A DNA stretch of 64,000 nt, from positions 864,001 to 928,000 of the forward strand of contig OY970280.1 in the NCBI GenBank assembly GCA_963715865.1. Reading direction: 5' to 3'. Shown one piece after another: positions 45,828 through 56,425 of this stretch. Source of the DNA: Candidatus Bathyarchaeota archaeon (lineage in GTDB: Archaea; Thermoproteota; Bathyarchaeia; Bathyarchaeales; Bathycorpusculaceae). The notes under the pieces were generated by a model. It saw only the letters and a program-made list of their open reading frames with translations, was not told where the DNA came from and did not search any database. A program made the position numbers and the translations under genes. The first letter of the stretch is position 1, and every line of letters begins with the position of its first letter.

Positions 45828-47815
45828 TGTTGCTTGATAATGTTTCTTCGTGGCTCGTTTGGATACTACCACTCGTTTCCAGCCTGTTCGTTCCACTATT
45901 CGCAAAATACAGCGCTAAAGCCCGAAACTACTTCGTTATAGCAGTCTCTGTGGTTACTGCTGGCTTGGCGCTTTCTCTTGTACCAAGCGTCTTTTTCGGC
46001 TCTGGGCAAGCTACAGGCACATCAGTTGCTTGGATTGCAGGCATCAACGCTGGCGTATTCATTGATCCACTCAGCGTCTTATTCACTACACTTGTTGCCT
46101 TCTTCGGCTTAATCATTGTTGTCTACTCGTTAGGTTACATGGCAGGGGAAGAAGGATTAACACGATACTACTTCTTGCTTATGCTCTTCATCGGTTCAAT
46201 GATAGGCCTTGTAATATCAGATAATCTCCTTCAAATGTTTATTTTCTGGGAAATGGTAGGCTTATGCTCTTACGCGTTAATTTCTTTCTGGTACAAACGA
46301 CCCGAAGCAGTAAATGCAGGTGTTAAAGTTTTCATTATGACCCGCATCGGCGATGCGTCCCTGCTTGCAGCCATAGGCATCCTTTACGCGACTTTCGGAA
46401 CTTTCAGCTTTCATGGAATAATAAGCGACATCCAATCAGCCGCGGCAGCAGGAACTTTGAATACTGGACTCATGGTTACCGTTGCCTTCTTGGTTTTGGG
46501 AGGCGCTATCGCAAAGTCAGCTCAGCTCCCATTGTTCACTTGGCTCTATAGCGCAATGGAGGCGCCAACCTCAGTCAGCGCCCTCCTCCACGCTGCCACA
46601 ATGGTTAAGGCAGGTATATACCTTATTGCAAGATTCATCCTCATAGCCGCAGCAGCCGCACCCCTAATGATCGCGCTTCAACCGCTCTGGTTGCCAACAG
46701 TCGCCTGGGTGGGCGTCTTAACGGCGCTTGTCGGTGCTACGCTGGCTTTTACCACTACCGATATCAAAGGAGTTCTCGCATACTCAACTGTTAGTCAACT
46801 CGGTTTCATGATGGCTGCTTTAGGTTCGGCTCTTACGGGACCTTCATCTGTCGGCTGGTTTGCCAGTTTATTCCACATGATGAGCCACGCTTTCTTCGAA
46901 GGTCTCGGATTCCTCTTGGCAGGAGGCATCATACATGCACTTGGCACTAGAGACATGCGGTTGATGGGTGGCTTAAGGAAAGCTATGCCCGTCACCTTCA
47001 TTTTGGCTCTGATAATGGTAATAACTACGAGTGGTTTGCCTCCTTTTGCCGCATTCTTTAGCAAAGGCTTAATCATCACAAGCGTAACCGACGCAGGAAA
47101 CCTCATACAAATAATCCTGATCTATGCCACAACAGCAATTACGTTTGCTTACAGCCTGCGGTTCTTAACCCTTATTTTCATGGGCAAAGAATCAGAACAC
47201 TTAGTTAAACAGCATCCCCATGAAGCTCCAAAAGTCATGCTATACCCAGCTGTAATACTTGCAGGTTTATGCATCGTTTGGGGTGTCGCTGAGCCTTTGG
47301 TAGCGAGCTTTATGCATGTGGACATTGGAGTTACACTGTTGGGCTCATTTGTTAGCTTGGAAACACCTATTTTCCTAGCCCTTCTCCTACCGACTGGCTT
47401 AATTATATATCTAACTTACTACAAGAACAATCAAACTATGAGGAATATTGCGGCAAGCAAAAATCCAATATCTGCTCTCCTAAGTCACGGTTACTTCTTT
47501 GACGATTTTTACGGAGTAGTAGCAAAAGGAGTCGCACGTTTCTCTGGTGGTTTGCGACGCTTTGAGGATTCTTTGTTTAGCCGCTTTCCACAACTGGTAG
47601 CATCATCAGTTACTCATACTGCTAATTTGGTTCAAAAATACCTTGACGTTTTAGCGGATCAATTACTAAACATCTTGGCAATTAGGACATTGCGAGGCGC
47701 TTCAAAGTTGAAAAAGGTGCCATCTTCATCGCTTCAACACTATGTAGCTGCTGCAGTACTTGGTTTCGTCCTAATCGTAGTGCTGATAATATTGACGGTA
47801 GGTATAAGGGTGTAA
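45827..47815 (+). CDS. NuoL/MrpA-like antiporter subunit
   Basis: IFWEMVG, KSAQLPLFTWL..AMEAPTSVSALLHAATMVKAG. Confidence 0.93.
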   Translation: MLLDNVSSWLVWILPLVSSLFVPLFAKYSAKARNYFVIAVSVVTAGLALSLVPSVFFGSGQATGTSVAWIAGINAGVFIDPLSVLFTTLVAFFGLIIVVYSLGYMAGEEGLTRYYFLLMLFIGSMIGLVISDNLLQMFIFWEMVGLCSYALISFWYKRPEAVNAGVKVFIMTRIGDASLLAAIGILYATFGTFSFHGIISDIQSAAAAGTLNTGLMVTVAFLVLGGAIAKSAQLPLFTWLYSAMEAPTSVSALLHAATMVKAGIYLIARFILIAAAAAPLMIALQPLWLPTVAWVGVLTALVGATLAFTTTDIKGVLAYSTVSQLGFMMAALGSALTGPSSVGWFASLFHMMSHAFFEGLGFLLAGGIIHALGTRDMRLMGGLRKAMPVTFILALIMVITTSGLPPFAAFFSKGLIITSVTDAGNLIQIILIYATTAITFAYSLRFLTLIFMGKESEHLVKQHPHEAPKVMLYPAVILAGLCIVWGVAEPLVASFMHVDIGVTLLGSFVSLETPIFLALLLPTGLIIYLTYYKNNQTMRNIAASKNPISALLSHGYFFDDFYGVVAKGVARFSGGLRRFEDSLFSRFPQLVASSVTHTANLVQKYLDVLADQLLNILAIRTLRGASKLKKVPSSSLQHYVAAAVLGFVLIVVLIILTVGIRV

Positions 47816-47820
47816 AAGAA

Positions 47821-49341
47821 ATGCCGTTTGCTCTGCTGTCAGTATTTCTGATTCCGGCTATAGGCACACCATTTGTATACTTTGCTGGAAAGAAATCGCC
47901 CAAAGCTGCAGCCATCTTAATAGCCCTGATTGCTATTGTTAACATAGCGCTTGTTCTAACAACTGTTCCAACTGTTCTTAACAGCCCCGATCACCGCTAT
48001 GTAGAATCTTACACGTGGATTACAATATTAAATACATCATTCACACTTTTCGTCGATGGAATTAGTGTTTCAATTGCCCTCATAAGCCTTATTCTTATTC
48101 TGGCTGCGGCTCTTTTCTCAATAAACTACATGGCTGAAAAAAAGAACCTACCCGCGTACTATGCACTTTTATGCATGCTTTCAATCGGTTTAGTGGGGGT
48201 TTTCTTGACATCTAACCTTCTGCTCTTCTACTTCTGTTGGGAACTAATGCTCGTCCCAGCCTACTTCATCATAGGCGGATGGGGTTATAAAGACTCATAC
48301 AAGGCAGCATTCAAACTCTTCATATTCACACATGCAGGCGCCGTCTTCGTACTCCTAGGTATCGGCACAATTTACATGGCAACAGGAACCACTGACATGT
48401 TTGCAGCTCAAACCGCCTTAATGACGGCTAGCCCAGATATTGTCAAGTGGGTTCTTATCGCCTTAACCGCAGGATTTGCCGTTAAAATGGCCGTCGTGCC
48501 AGTCCACATGTGGCTTCCCGATGCTCACTCGGAAGCTCCAGCACCAATGTCAGCGCTATTAAGCGGTGTCATAATTAGCGCAGGAGCTTACGCAATTCTT
48601 CGCCTTTCACTGGGAATGGTTTTCCCAGCAGTTGGAATAACATTCGGAACAAACTTCCTGCATGCCTTAGCAATCCTCGGCATAATATCCGCTTTCTTCG
48701 GATCGCTAATAGCATTGGTTGAAACCGACATAAAACGGCTTATCGCCTACTCAAGCATCGCCCACATGGGTTACATAATGTTCGGTCTCTCACTGTTTCC
48801 CGTTAGCGTGGCCGCTGGAACAGCAGTAGTACTAATTTCAGCAATAGCCATCACAGGTACAGTGCTTCACATTATCAGCCACGCAGTAAGCAAAGGTCTT
48901 TTCTTCCTTTCTGCAGGAGCAGTGATGCATCAAACTGAAACCAGGGACATCCGTGAAATGGGCGGTTTAGCCGGTAAGATGCCGTTTACAGGTGTTTCAG
49001 CAGCTACAGCAGCCTTAAGCATAGCTGGAGCACCCCCGTTCGCATGCTTCATTAGCGAATTTCTAATATTTATCGGCGCTTTTCAAATAATAAAGACTGA
49101 TGGTTTCTACCTGTTACCCACTGCTCTTATGCTCGTAGCAACGGTGCTTTCGCTTGCTTACGCGCTAAGATTTATTTCACGTGTTTTCCTTGGACAATCA
49201 AAGAATGGAGAGGAAAAGAAAATCTTTGAGGTACCAAACTACATGAAAGTATCTTTGGCCATCTTAGTAGTTTTAGTCATCCTTATAGGAATCTACCCAA
49301 CCTTCTTCCTAAATTTAATTCAAACAGTAAAATTTGGTTAA
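47821..49341 (+). CDS. NuoM/MrpD-like antiporter subunit
   Basis: CWELMLVP, HMWLPDAHSEAP, AYSSIAHMG. Confidence 0.92.
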   Translation: MPFALLSVFLIPAIGTPFVYFAGKKSPKAAAILIALIAIVNIALVLTTVPTVLNSPDHRYVESYTWITILNTSFTLFVDGISVSIALISLILILAAALFSINYMAEKKNLPAYYALLCMLSIGLVGVFLTSNLLLFYFCWELMLVPAYFIIGGWGYKDSYKAAFKLFIFTHAGAVFVLLGIGTIYMATGTTDMFAAQTALMTASPDIVKWVLIALTAGFAVKMAVVPVHMWLPDAHSEAPAPMSALLSGVIISAGAYAILRLSLGMVFPAVGITFGTNFLHALAILGIISAFFGSLIALVETDIKRLIAYSSIAHMGYIMFGLSLFPVSVAAGTAVVLISAIAITGTVLHIISHAVSKGLFFLSAGAVMHQTETRDIREMGGLAGKMPFTGVSAATAALSIAGAPPFACFISEFLIFIGAFQIIKTDGFYLLPTALMLVATVLSLAYALRFISRVFLGQSKNGEEKKIFEVPNYMKVSLAILVVLVILIGIYPTFFLNLIQTVKFG

Positions 49342-49357
49342 ATCTAGGTGAAATCCA

Positions 49358-50857
49358 ATGGTTGAAATTATAGACATTATATTACCAATAATCACTTTAG
49401 TTATCTCAGCATTACTAACCATTCCAGTATTCAGAATAATAAGAAAAAGCAATCACAAGACTGCCTTAACCCTCGGCTGGTTCATATCTGTCTATATAAT
49501 TGCAGGTGCAGCCGTCGCAAACCTAGCATTAAAATATTACAGTACACCATCACCATCCATTCTTAACCTAACATTAAACAATAATGCACTCTCAACATTT
49601 TCAAGCGCTTTCATGGTAGATGCCATTTCAGTTTACATGGCAATAATCATAGTAGCAATCAGCTCAATAGTCCTAATCTATACCGTATTCTTTGTAGGCT
49701 CAAATGACCGACCGTCAGAACGATACTTCGCCGTCATGCTAATGGTTACAGCGGTTTTGCTGGGCGCTGTCCTTTCAGGCGATCTACTAACACTTTTCAT
49801 ATTCTGGGAAGCCGCAGCAGCAGGTGCAGGCTTCTTAATGCTGTATAAGAAAAACGCGTTAACTTTGAATGCCACATTAAAGTATCTGGTCATGGTTATC
49901 ATTGCTTCAGCATTCATAGTTTTTGGGCTTTCAGTCGTTTACGGGTTAACCGGAAGCCTAAACTTCTTGGCTGTTCGGCAAGCCTTGATATCTTTACCTA
50001 ATAAAAACCTGCTTATCATAGCCTTCATATTCATAGCAGCTGGCTACGCCATTGAATCTGCAATTGTGCCTTTCCACTTCTGGCTACCTGATGCTTATAC
50101 TGCGGCTCCTGCAACCTCATCGGCTTTCCTCTCAGCCCTCGTTGACCAAGGCAGCTACTACATTCTAATCAGAGTGCTAGTATTTATTCTAACTCCGTCT
50201 GGAGTGTTAAATTGGACTTTCATGTTAGCCATCATGGCAGCGTTAACCATGGTTGTCGGCAACTTGTTTGCATTAATACAGAATAACGTGAAACGTTTAA
50301 TAGCAAACATCTGCGTTGCTGACGTCGGCTACAACCTTGTAGCAATAACAAGCGTAACCTCACTTGGCTTAGTGGGCAACCTTTACTTCTTCCTAATAGG
50401 CGGTATAACTACAGCGCTCGCTTTCATGGCCGTCGGCATCATAAACAGTCATGGATTCAAAACCTTAGAAGATTTCTCGGGGCTAGGTAAGAAAATGCCC
50501 CTTGTAAGTTTAGCCTTGGTTATGGCTGGGCTGTCGTTTGCAGGAGTTCCACCTTTCGGAGGATTTTTGGCTAAGTACTTAGTTTTCACCGCAGCAATCG
50601 AAGCGAACCTAAGCTGGCTAGCGGTTATAGGCGTTTTGACGAGTGTCCTTCAAACCGCGTACTTGTTCAGGCTGATAAATGTCATGTATGCAAAGAACCC
50701 CAAAGACGAGACGGTGATAAAAGAATCCAAAGGGTTACTTATCCCAATCTTCATCTTAGTTGCTGCAATAATAATCTTGGGACTATACCCAGAAATCGTT
50801 TTCAAGCTAATTCAGCCAGTGGTAAACCAACTACCATTCCTAACACCAACACTATAG
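49358..50857 (+). CDS. NuoN/MrpD-like antiporter subunit
   Basis: FIFWE, PFHFWLPDAYTAAP, GVPPFGGFLAK. Confidence 0.92.
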   Translation: MVEIIDIILPIITLVISALLTIPVFRIIRKSNHKTALTLGWFISVYIIAGAAVANLALKYYSTPSPSILNLTLNNNALSTFSSAFMVDAISVYMAIIIVAISSIVLIYTVFFVGSNDRPSERYFAVMLMVTAVLLGAVLSGDLLTLFIFWEAAAAGAGFLMLYKKNALTLNATLKYLVMVIIASAFIVFGLSVVYGLTGSLNFLAVRQALISLPNKNLLIIAFIFIAAGYAIESAIVPFHFWLPDAYTAAPATSSAFLSALVDQGSYYILIRVLVFILTPSGVLNWTFMLAIMAALTMVVGNLFALIQNNVKRLIANICVADVGYNLVAITSVTSLGLVGNLYFFLIGGITTALAFMAVGIINSHGFKTLEDFSGLGKKMPLVSLALVMAGLSFAGVPPFGGFLAKYLVFTAAIEANLSWLAVIGVLTSVLQTAYLFRLINVMYAKNPKDETVIKESKGLLIPIFILVAAIIILGLYPEIVFKLIQPVVNQLPFLTPTL

Positions 50858-50959
50858 GAAACGGGTTACACAAAAAAAGCCGAATGCTATGACCATAATC
50901 AATTGGGCTACTATTCTAACGGCTAATTCTAACAAGCTCTGCCTATAAGGTAGGGCAAG

Positions 50960-52201
50960 TTATTTTCTGATTTGCCCATTACCAAAAATAACATATTTTG
51001 TCGTCGTCAAGTGTTGCACGCTCATGGGTCCTCTTACGTGAAGTTTCTGAGTGCTGATGCCTATTTCTGCGCCTAAACCAAACTGGTTCCCATCAGTAAA
51101 CCGTGTGGATGCGTTCCAGTAGACAGCGGCAGAATCCACTTCCCGCATGAACCGCAAAGCCTTGTCAAAGTCGTTTGTAAGAATGGAATCTGAGTGTTTA
51201 GTTCCATACTTGTTGATGTGCTTAATTGCTTCATCCAAGTCTTTCACGACTTTTACGCCCATAATTAAGTCCAAGTATTCGGTGTACCAGTCCTGTTCAG
51301 TTGCAAGTTTCACGTCTGCAACAATTTTTCGGGTTTCTTCGTCGCCTCTAATTTCCACGCCTTGCTTTCTGAGCGCAGCAATCACAACTGGCAAGTAGCG
51401 CTCTGCGATTTTGCTGTGAACCAAGAGTTTTTCTGCGGCGTTGCAGGTTCCTGGCCTTTGGCATTTAGCGTTTATGACTATGGGTGTTGCTTTATCTAAG
51501 TCAGCGTCTTCTTCAACGTAAACATGGCAGTTGCCAGTTCCTGTTTCAATAACTGGAATTCGCGAAGTCTCAACCACAGTCTTGATTAAGTCTGCGCCTC
51601 CACGAGGAATAAGCACGTCAATGTATTCGCGCATACGCATCAGTTCTTCTGCAACCTTGCGTTCAGGAGAATTCACCACTTGAACCGCGTCAACTGGAAC
51701 ATTTGTTCCCGCCAAAGCTTCTCTAAGCACATCGCCAATGGCTACGTTCGAGTTTAAAGCGTCTGAGCCGCCTCGAAGGATAACTGCGTTTCCAGATTTT
51801 ATGCAGATTCCCGCCGAATCCGAAGTGACATCTGGGCGTGATTCGTAAATTACTCCTACAACACCTAAAGGCACGCGAACTTGGCTGATTATCAAGCCAT
51901 TTGGCCGTGTCCAACTGCTTATGATTGTGCCGATTGGGTCAGCTAAGGCTGAGACTTCCCTTAAGCCGCGAGCCATAGTTTGTATTTTGCGCTGGTCTAG
52001 TGCTAACCGGTCAAGTAATGCTGTTTTGAGCCCTTTGGCTTTGGCAGCTTCTACATCTGCTTGATTTGCAGCCAAAATTTTATCAGCATTAGCTTCAAGA
52101 GCGTTAGCCATCCTGCAAAGTGCAGTGTTTTTTGTTTCCGCCGAAAGCTTTGCCATTTCGACTGAGGCTGCTTTTGCTTTTTTGCATATTTCGGTTATCA
52201 T
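50960..52201 (-). CDS. proA: Gamma-glutamyl phosphate reductase
   Basis: VPLGVVGVIYESRP, GNCHVYV, CNAAEKLL, EIGISTQKLH. Confidence 0.96.
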   Translation of the reverse strand: MITEICKKAKAASVEMAKLSAETKNTALCRMANALEANADKILAANQADVEAAKAKGLKTALLDRLALDQRKIQTMARGLREVSALADPIGTIISSWTRPNGLIISQVRVPLGVVGVIYESRPDVTSDSAGICIKSGNAVILRGGSDALNSNVAIGDVLREALAGTNVPVDAVQVVNSPERKVAEELMRMREYIDVLIPRGGADLIKTVVETSRIPVIETGTGNCHVYVEEDADLDKATPIVINAKCQRPGTCNAAEKLLVHSKIAERYLPVVIAALRKQGVEIRGDEETRKIVADVKLATEQDWYTEYLDLIMGVKVVKDLDEAIKHINKYGTKHSDSILTNDFDKALRFMREVDSAAVYWNASTRFTDGNQFGLGAEIGISTQKLHVRGPMSVQHLTTTKYVIFGNGQIRK

Positions 52202-53328
52202 TTTTCTTCCTCAATTAAGTGTATATTTCTATGTTCAATAACTTCTTTAGGTTTATTTGAACCAAGTTTCTTTTGTGCTTGTGTTATTTGTAATCCTTTA
52301 ATTAGGTTTAACTCACCGCTAGTATAATTCGGATTACCTTTTGCAAACTCAACCTTGTTTTCGTCAACGATGCTGACTACGTCGCCAACGTTAAAGTGCC
52401 CCACAACCCGTGTTATGCCAACTGGTAACAAGCTTGAGCCTTCAATTATAGCTTTCTTTGCGCCTTCGTTCACGTGGATTTGTCCTTTAACTGCGGCGCC
52501 GTACGCTATCCAGCGTTTTACAGCTGACATTGGATTTTGCGGCTTAAAGAAGGTGCCAACATCTTTCCTTGCAAGAATGTCCAACAATACGTTTTCTCTT
52601 CTGCTGTTCGCTATCACCACTGGAATACCGCATGAAGTAGCAATTTCAGCAGCTTTAATTTTGCTTTGGATTCCTCCTCTGCCCAACTTGCTCTTTCCGT
52701 TAAGTGAACTTTTCAATTCAGGCGTTATGTCTTCCACTGTTTTTATCAATTGTGCGCCTGGCTCTTGGGGGTCAACCGTGTATAAGCCGTCAACGTCTGA
52801 AAGTATTATGGTCATGTCTGCACCGATTGCACTTGCGACCAGAACTGAGAGGATGTCGTTGTCACTGAAGTTTACTTTGTAGCCTTCTGTCCGTCTAAGT
52901 TCATCTACCGATGTTACATCATTTTCGTTAATTATTGGAATAACGCCTGTTTTCAGGAGCATTCTTAAGACGTTGCATGTGTGTACGTAGGATGCTCGGT
53001 TGGAAAGGTCTTCTGCAGTAAGCAGGATTTGCGCAACTTTTAATCCATGCTCTTTGAACAGTTCACGATATTTAGCCATGAGTACACTCTGACCAGTTGC
53101 AGCCGCAGCCTGTTGAAACACCACATCATTAGGTTTTGGCGGTATACCAAGTTCCGCTATCCCTGCGGCTACCGCTCCTGAGGTTACGAGGACTACTTTG
53201 TCGCCTTGCTTGGTCGCAGCTGCTATTTGACTGGTTAGTTTTTGCATTTCTTCTTCGTCAAGGTTTCCTTCGCTGGTAGTTATGCCGCTTGTGCCAACCT
53301 TAACAACTATTAATCTTGAAGGCATCAC
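52198..53328 (-). CDS. proB: Glutamate 5-kinase with PUA domain
   Basis: VVKVGTS, VTSGAV, INENDV, FSDND; PUA C-terminus. Confidence 0.96.
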   Translation of the reverse strand: MMPSRLIVVKVGTSGITTSEGNLDEEEMQKLTSQIAAATKQGDKVVLVTSGAVAAGIAELGIPPKPNDVVFQQAAAATGQSVLMAKYRELFKEHGLKVAQILLTAEDLSNRASYVHTCNVLRMLLKTGVIPIINENDVTSVDELRRTEGYKVNFSDNDILSVLVASAIGADMTIILSDVDGLYTVDPQEPGAQLIKTVEDITPELKSSLNGKSKLGRGGIQSKIKAAEIATSCGIPVVIANSRRENVLLDILARKDVGTFFKPQNPMSAVKRWIAYGAAVKGQIHVNEGAKKAIIEGSSLLPVGITRVVGHFNVGDVVSIVDENKVEFAKGNPNYTSGELNLIKGLQITQAQKKLGSNKPKEVIEHRNIHLIEEEK

Positions 53329-53495
53329 TTAATCACTTTTAAAGCACAGACTTATTGAGATATGTTTGACTTGCTTAAAAATGCAACCAAATAGGCAATA
53401 GCAGAATTATGTTTAGGTTCATGCTAATTGCAGGTTCAACCAAAACATTGCTTAAAACTCTGAGAAAAATATATGAGCGATAGGGGCATCGGTTT

Positions 53496-53717
53496 TTGGC
53501 TTGGCTGGTCAACATGTTCATCACGTTACAATCATTAACCTCATTAACATTTAACTCCCCAATCGTGTTTTGGCTCGCGCCAACAGCGGGCATAATCGCT
53601 ATAGTCTCTTCACTTTTACTCATGCGTAAAATAGGCAAAATGAGTCCTGGCGCACCGAAAGCGGTGGAAGTAGCTAATCATAAATACCGCTTGAATAAAT
53701 TTAAATATTGTCAATGA
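53496..53717 (+). pseudogene. Possible 5' remnant of a membrane H+/Na+ pyrophosphatase
   Basis: LAPTAGIIAIVSSLLLMRKIGKMSPGAPKAVEVA resembles the HppA first TM and loop; rest absent. Confidence 0.45.
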
Positions 53718-53802
53718 ATCCCAACGTTTGTATGCCTAACGTTTTTTCTGCCTTGCATTGTAGCATGTTTTTATTTCTTTGTGTGCAACTAACTAAAGAG
53801 AT

Positions 53803-54903
53803 GTGCAGACTGTGAAGATTATTGAAAAGAACCTTGGGCAAGGTTTCGTTAAAGTGGTTCCGGATTCGCCAGATGACCTTTGGCACTTATACAATGTCAT
53901 CTATAAGGGCGATGAAGCTTACGCTTACACTTCCCGAGCAATAAAAAATGACACAGAAACTTCGCGTCCTAAAAGTGCTGAGCGCGTTTCAGCCTTCATT
54001 GGTGTAACAGTGGAATCAGTCAGCTGGGATAAGTTTCTTGGTAAATTGCGGGTTCACGGGTTGATTTGTCATGCACCTGATATTATTCCTACTGGTGCCC
54101 ATCACACGCTTAGTATAGCGTTGAATCAACCGTTAACGATTGTGAAGAAAGAATGGCCTAAACACCTTTTAGACAGGCTTACGAGGGCAAGCGAAACCGA
54201 GAAGTCCATGCTCATAATTTCTATTGATGACGAAGGTTTTGCCATTGCTGAAACCAAGCAATACGGCGTAGAAATCAAAGTTGAAGAACGCATGAGGTTG
54301 CCTGGAAAACATGAAGCCGACAAACGCGTCGAAGCCACAAAGGCGTATTTTCGTCGTGCACTCAACAGCCTAAATCAACTGTGGGCTCAAAATCACAGTC
54401 CAATCGTTATTATCGGGGCTGGTTTTGTTAAGAATGACTTTGTAAGATTCCTTTCCGAAGAGGCTCAAGAAATGTCCAAGGCTGTTGCGGATGTGAAGAG
54501 CGTTAACAATGGCGGCACAGCAGGGATCTATGAGGCTTTGCGTTCTGGCGTTTTGTTACGGGCGGCAAATCAACTGCGCGTTGTCGAGGAAACAGAAACT
54601 ATTGAAGAAGTTTTGAAACGCTTAGGCAAAGGTGAAGGAACAGTCACATATGGCTTAGAAGCAGTAGAAAATGCCGCTAAAATGGGCGCTGTTGAAAAAC
54701 TGGTCCTTGCCGATGTGACACTTCGTGATGCGGACGAGCAGCAACGATTGAAGCTGGAGGGACTCATGAGGGAAGCGGAAAAGCGAGGTGCGAACGTAAC
54801 TGTAATCAGCACAGAGCATGAAGCAGGCGCAAAACTGTTAGCTTTAGGCGGAATCGCAGCTTTGCTACGGTTCCCAATCTACCGAGACACCACAACGCAA
54901 TAA
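53803..54903 (+). CDS. pelA: Pelota (Dom34) ribosome rescue factor
   Basis: PDSPDDLWHLY, GAHHT, STEHEAG..L.ALGGIAALLRFP. Confidence 0.96.
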   Translation: MQTVKIIEKNLGQGFVKVVPDSPDDLWHLYNVIYKGDEAYAYTSRAIKNDTETSRPKSAERVSAFIGVTVESVSWDKFLGKLRVHGLICHAPDIIPTGAHHTLSIALNQPLTIVKKEWPKHLLDRLTRASETEKSMLIISIDDEGFAIAETKQYGVEIKVEERMRLPGKHEADKRVEATKAYFRRALNSLNQLWAQNHSPIVIIGAGFVKNDFVRFLSEEAQEMSKAVADVKSVNNGGTAGIYEALRSGVLLRAANQLRVVEETETIEEVLKRLGKGEGTVTYGLEAVENAAKMGAVEKLVLADVTLRDADEQQRLKLEGLMREAEKRGANVTVISTEHEAGAKLLALGGIAALLRFPIYRDTTTQ

Positions 54904-55087
54904 ACCTTGAATCATATAGAAACTCTGCTCGGAACAAGTTAAAGCCCCCTATTTAAAGCAAAATTTTTTATTCTGACCAATGTCGGGGTAGCACTTTTTT
55001 CATCTGATTAGCGGTTGAGTGCTCTTTATAAATAGATGCTGTTATATACCCCCTGTGCTATTTAAATACTCAAGCATGTGAGTTGAC

Positions 55088-55657
55088 ATGAGTAAACGAA
55101 AACCGATCATTTGTATACAAAACATTGTTGCTTCAGTTTCGCTTAACCAGAAAATCGACTTACAAAAAATCGTAGAAAAATTCCCCCAAACTGAATATAA
55201 CCCAAGCGTGTTCCCAGGTTTAGTTTTCCGACTTAAAAAACCAAAAACAGCCACATTAATCTTCGGCACGGGCAAAATGGTTTGTACAGGCGCTAAATCA
55301 GAAAAAGAATCACGCAGCGCAGTTGAAAAAGTAGTTAAAGAACTGCGAAGCGAAGGAATCCAAATCACAGAAAAACCAATCGTAAAAATCCAAAACATAG
55401 TTGCCTCAGCAACACTAGGCGGCGAAATTGACCTTGAAAGCCTAGTCTACAAACTCAGCAAAGTCATGTACGAGCCAGAACAGTTCCCAGGCGCAGTCTA
55501 CCGAATGGATGAACCCAAAGTAGTATTCCTAATATTCTCAGCGGGAAAACTCGTCTGCGTAGGCGCCAAAAAAGAAGAGCAAGTTTACGAAGCAGTAGAC
55601 AAAATCCAAGCACTACTCGAAGAAAAAGAACTCATCTTTTACCCCGCTCCCTCTTAA
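55088..55657 (+). CDS. tbp: TATA-box binding protein
   Basis: Two repeats: IQNIVAS..YNPSVFPGLVFR and YEPEQFPGAVYR. Confidence 0.97.
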   Translation: MSKRKPIICIQNIVASVSLNQKIDLQKIVEKFPQTEYNPSVFPGLVFRLKKPKTATLIFGTGKMVCTGAKSEKESRSAVEKVVKELRSEGIQITEKPIVKIQNIVASATLGGEIDLESLVYKLSKVMYEPEQFPGAVYRMDEPKVVFLIFSAGKLVCVGAKKEEQVYEAVDKIQALLEEKELIFYPAPS

Positions 55658-55658
55658 A

Positions 55659-56363
55659 CTATTTTTTCATTCTTCTACGAACTGCAGGATTAGAGTCAGA
55701 GAGTTTTTTGAGCGCTAACTCAAAAGTCTCGTCTGGAGCCAATTCTCTTTTAACAAAAACCCCTGTTCTACCAACAGCGTCACGCTTCAAAAGCGCATGA
55801 ACCCTGTCAAACACGGTTTCAGCGGATATTCCCAAAATTTTAGCTGCAAAGTCTTCTCTGCCGATGATGCTGCTTTCCACATGCCCCTTTTCTGTGGGTT
55901 CAATAAGCATAAGTCGCTTATCCACACCCGCGACCCGAACGTCCGCTTTAAGCTGGTTAAAGTTTACTTCGCCGCCGAACCTGTAAAACTCCCTCTCCAC
56001 CCTGCGCATTTGCATAAGAGGAAAGGAAACAGTGATTTGCTCGCTGATTTCAATGTGCGCTTTCATAGCGTAGGTTGGCGTGGCTTGAACAATTAAACGG
56101 GCATTAACCGTTATGCGTGCTTTTTCTAGGGCGGTTTCTACAAGGAAACTATTCTGCACTTCAGGAATGAAAACGTCGATGTCGCTGTCCTTGTTCACGT
56201 CGCCTCTGGCTATGCTTCCATGCACAAGCGACTGCAAATGAAACTCTTCTAACGCAGTCATAATTTCAGTTGCTTTGCTTCTGAGCTCGTTTAGCAGTTG
56301 CCAGCGTGCACTAGTATATGTTACTTCCTTGTAATCTGAAGGTTTTGTTAGCTTAACCGCCAT
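55659..56363 (-). CDS. Archaeal nucleotidyltransferase (COG2413-like)
   Basis: HGSIARGDV..SDIDV; RVAGVDKRL; R..VGRTGVF. Confidence 0.88.
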   Translation of the reverse strand: MAVKLTKPSDYKEVTYTSARWQLLNELRSKATEIMTALEEFHLQSLVHGSIARGDVNKDSDIDVFIPEVQNSFLVETALEKARITVNARLIVQATPTYAMKAHIEISEQITVSFPLMQMRRVEREFYRFGGEVNFNQLKADVRVAGVDKRLMLIEPTEKGHVESSIIGREDFAAKILGISAETVFDRVHALLKRDAVGRTGVFVKRELAPDETFELALKKLSDSNPAVRRRMKK

Positions 56364-56425
56364 ATTTATCAGCCATTTTAATGAATTAGTAGCGGCATTG
56401 TTTATTTAGTTTAATAGTCAATCAA

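Noticed and set aside
41221-50857. Calling the cluster NADH dehydrogenase (nuo) or Fpo
   Set aside because: The large subunit keeps both Ni-binding CxxC motifs and no NuoEFG is present, so nuo/fpo symbols were not assigned
33776-56096. Numerous short antisense ORFs within the ABC, hydrogenase, pro, pelota and TBP genes
   Set aside because: Shadows of well-supported genes on the opposite strand
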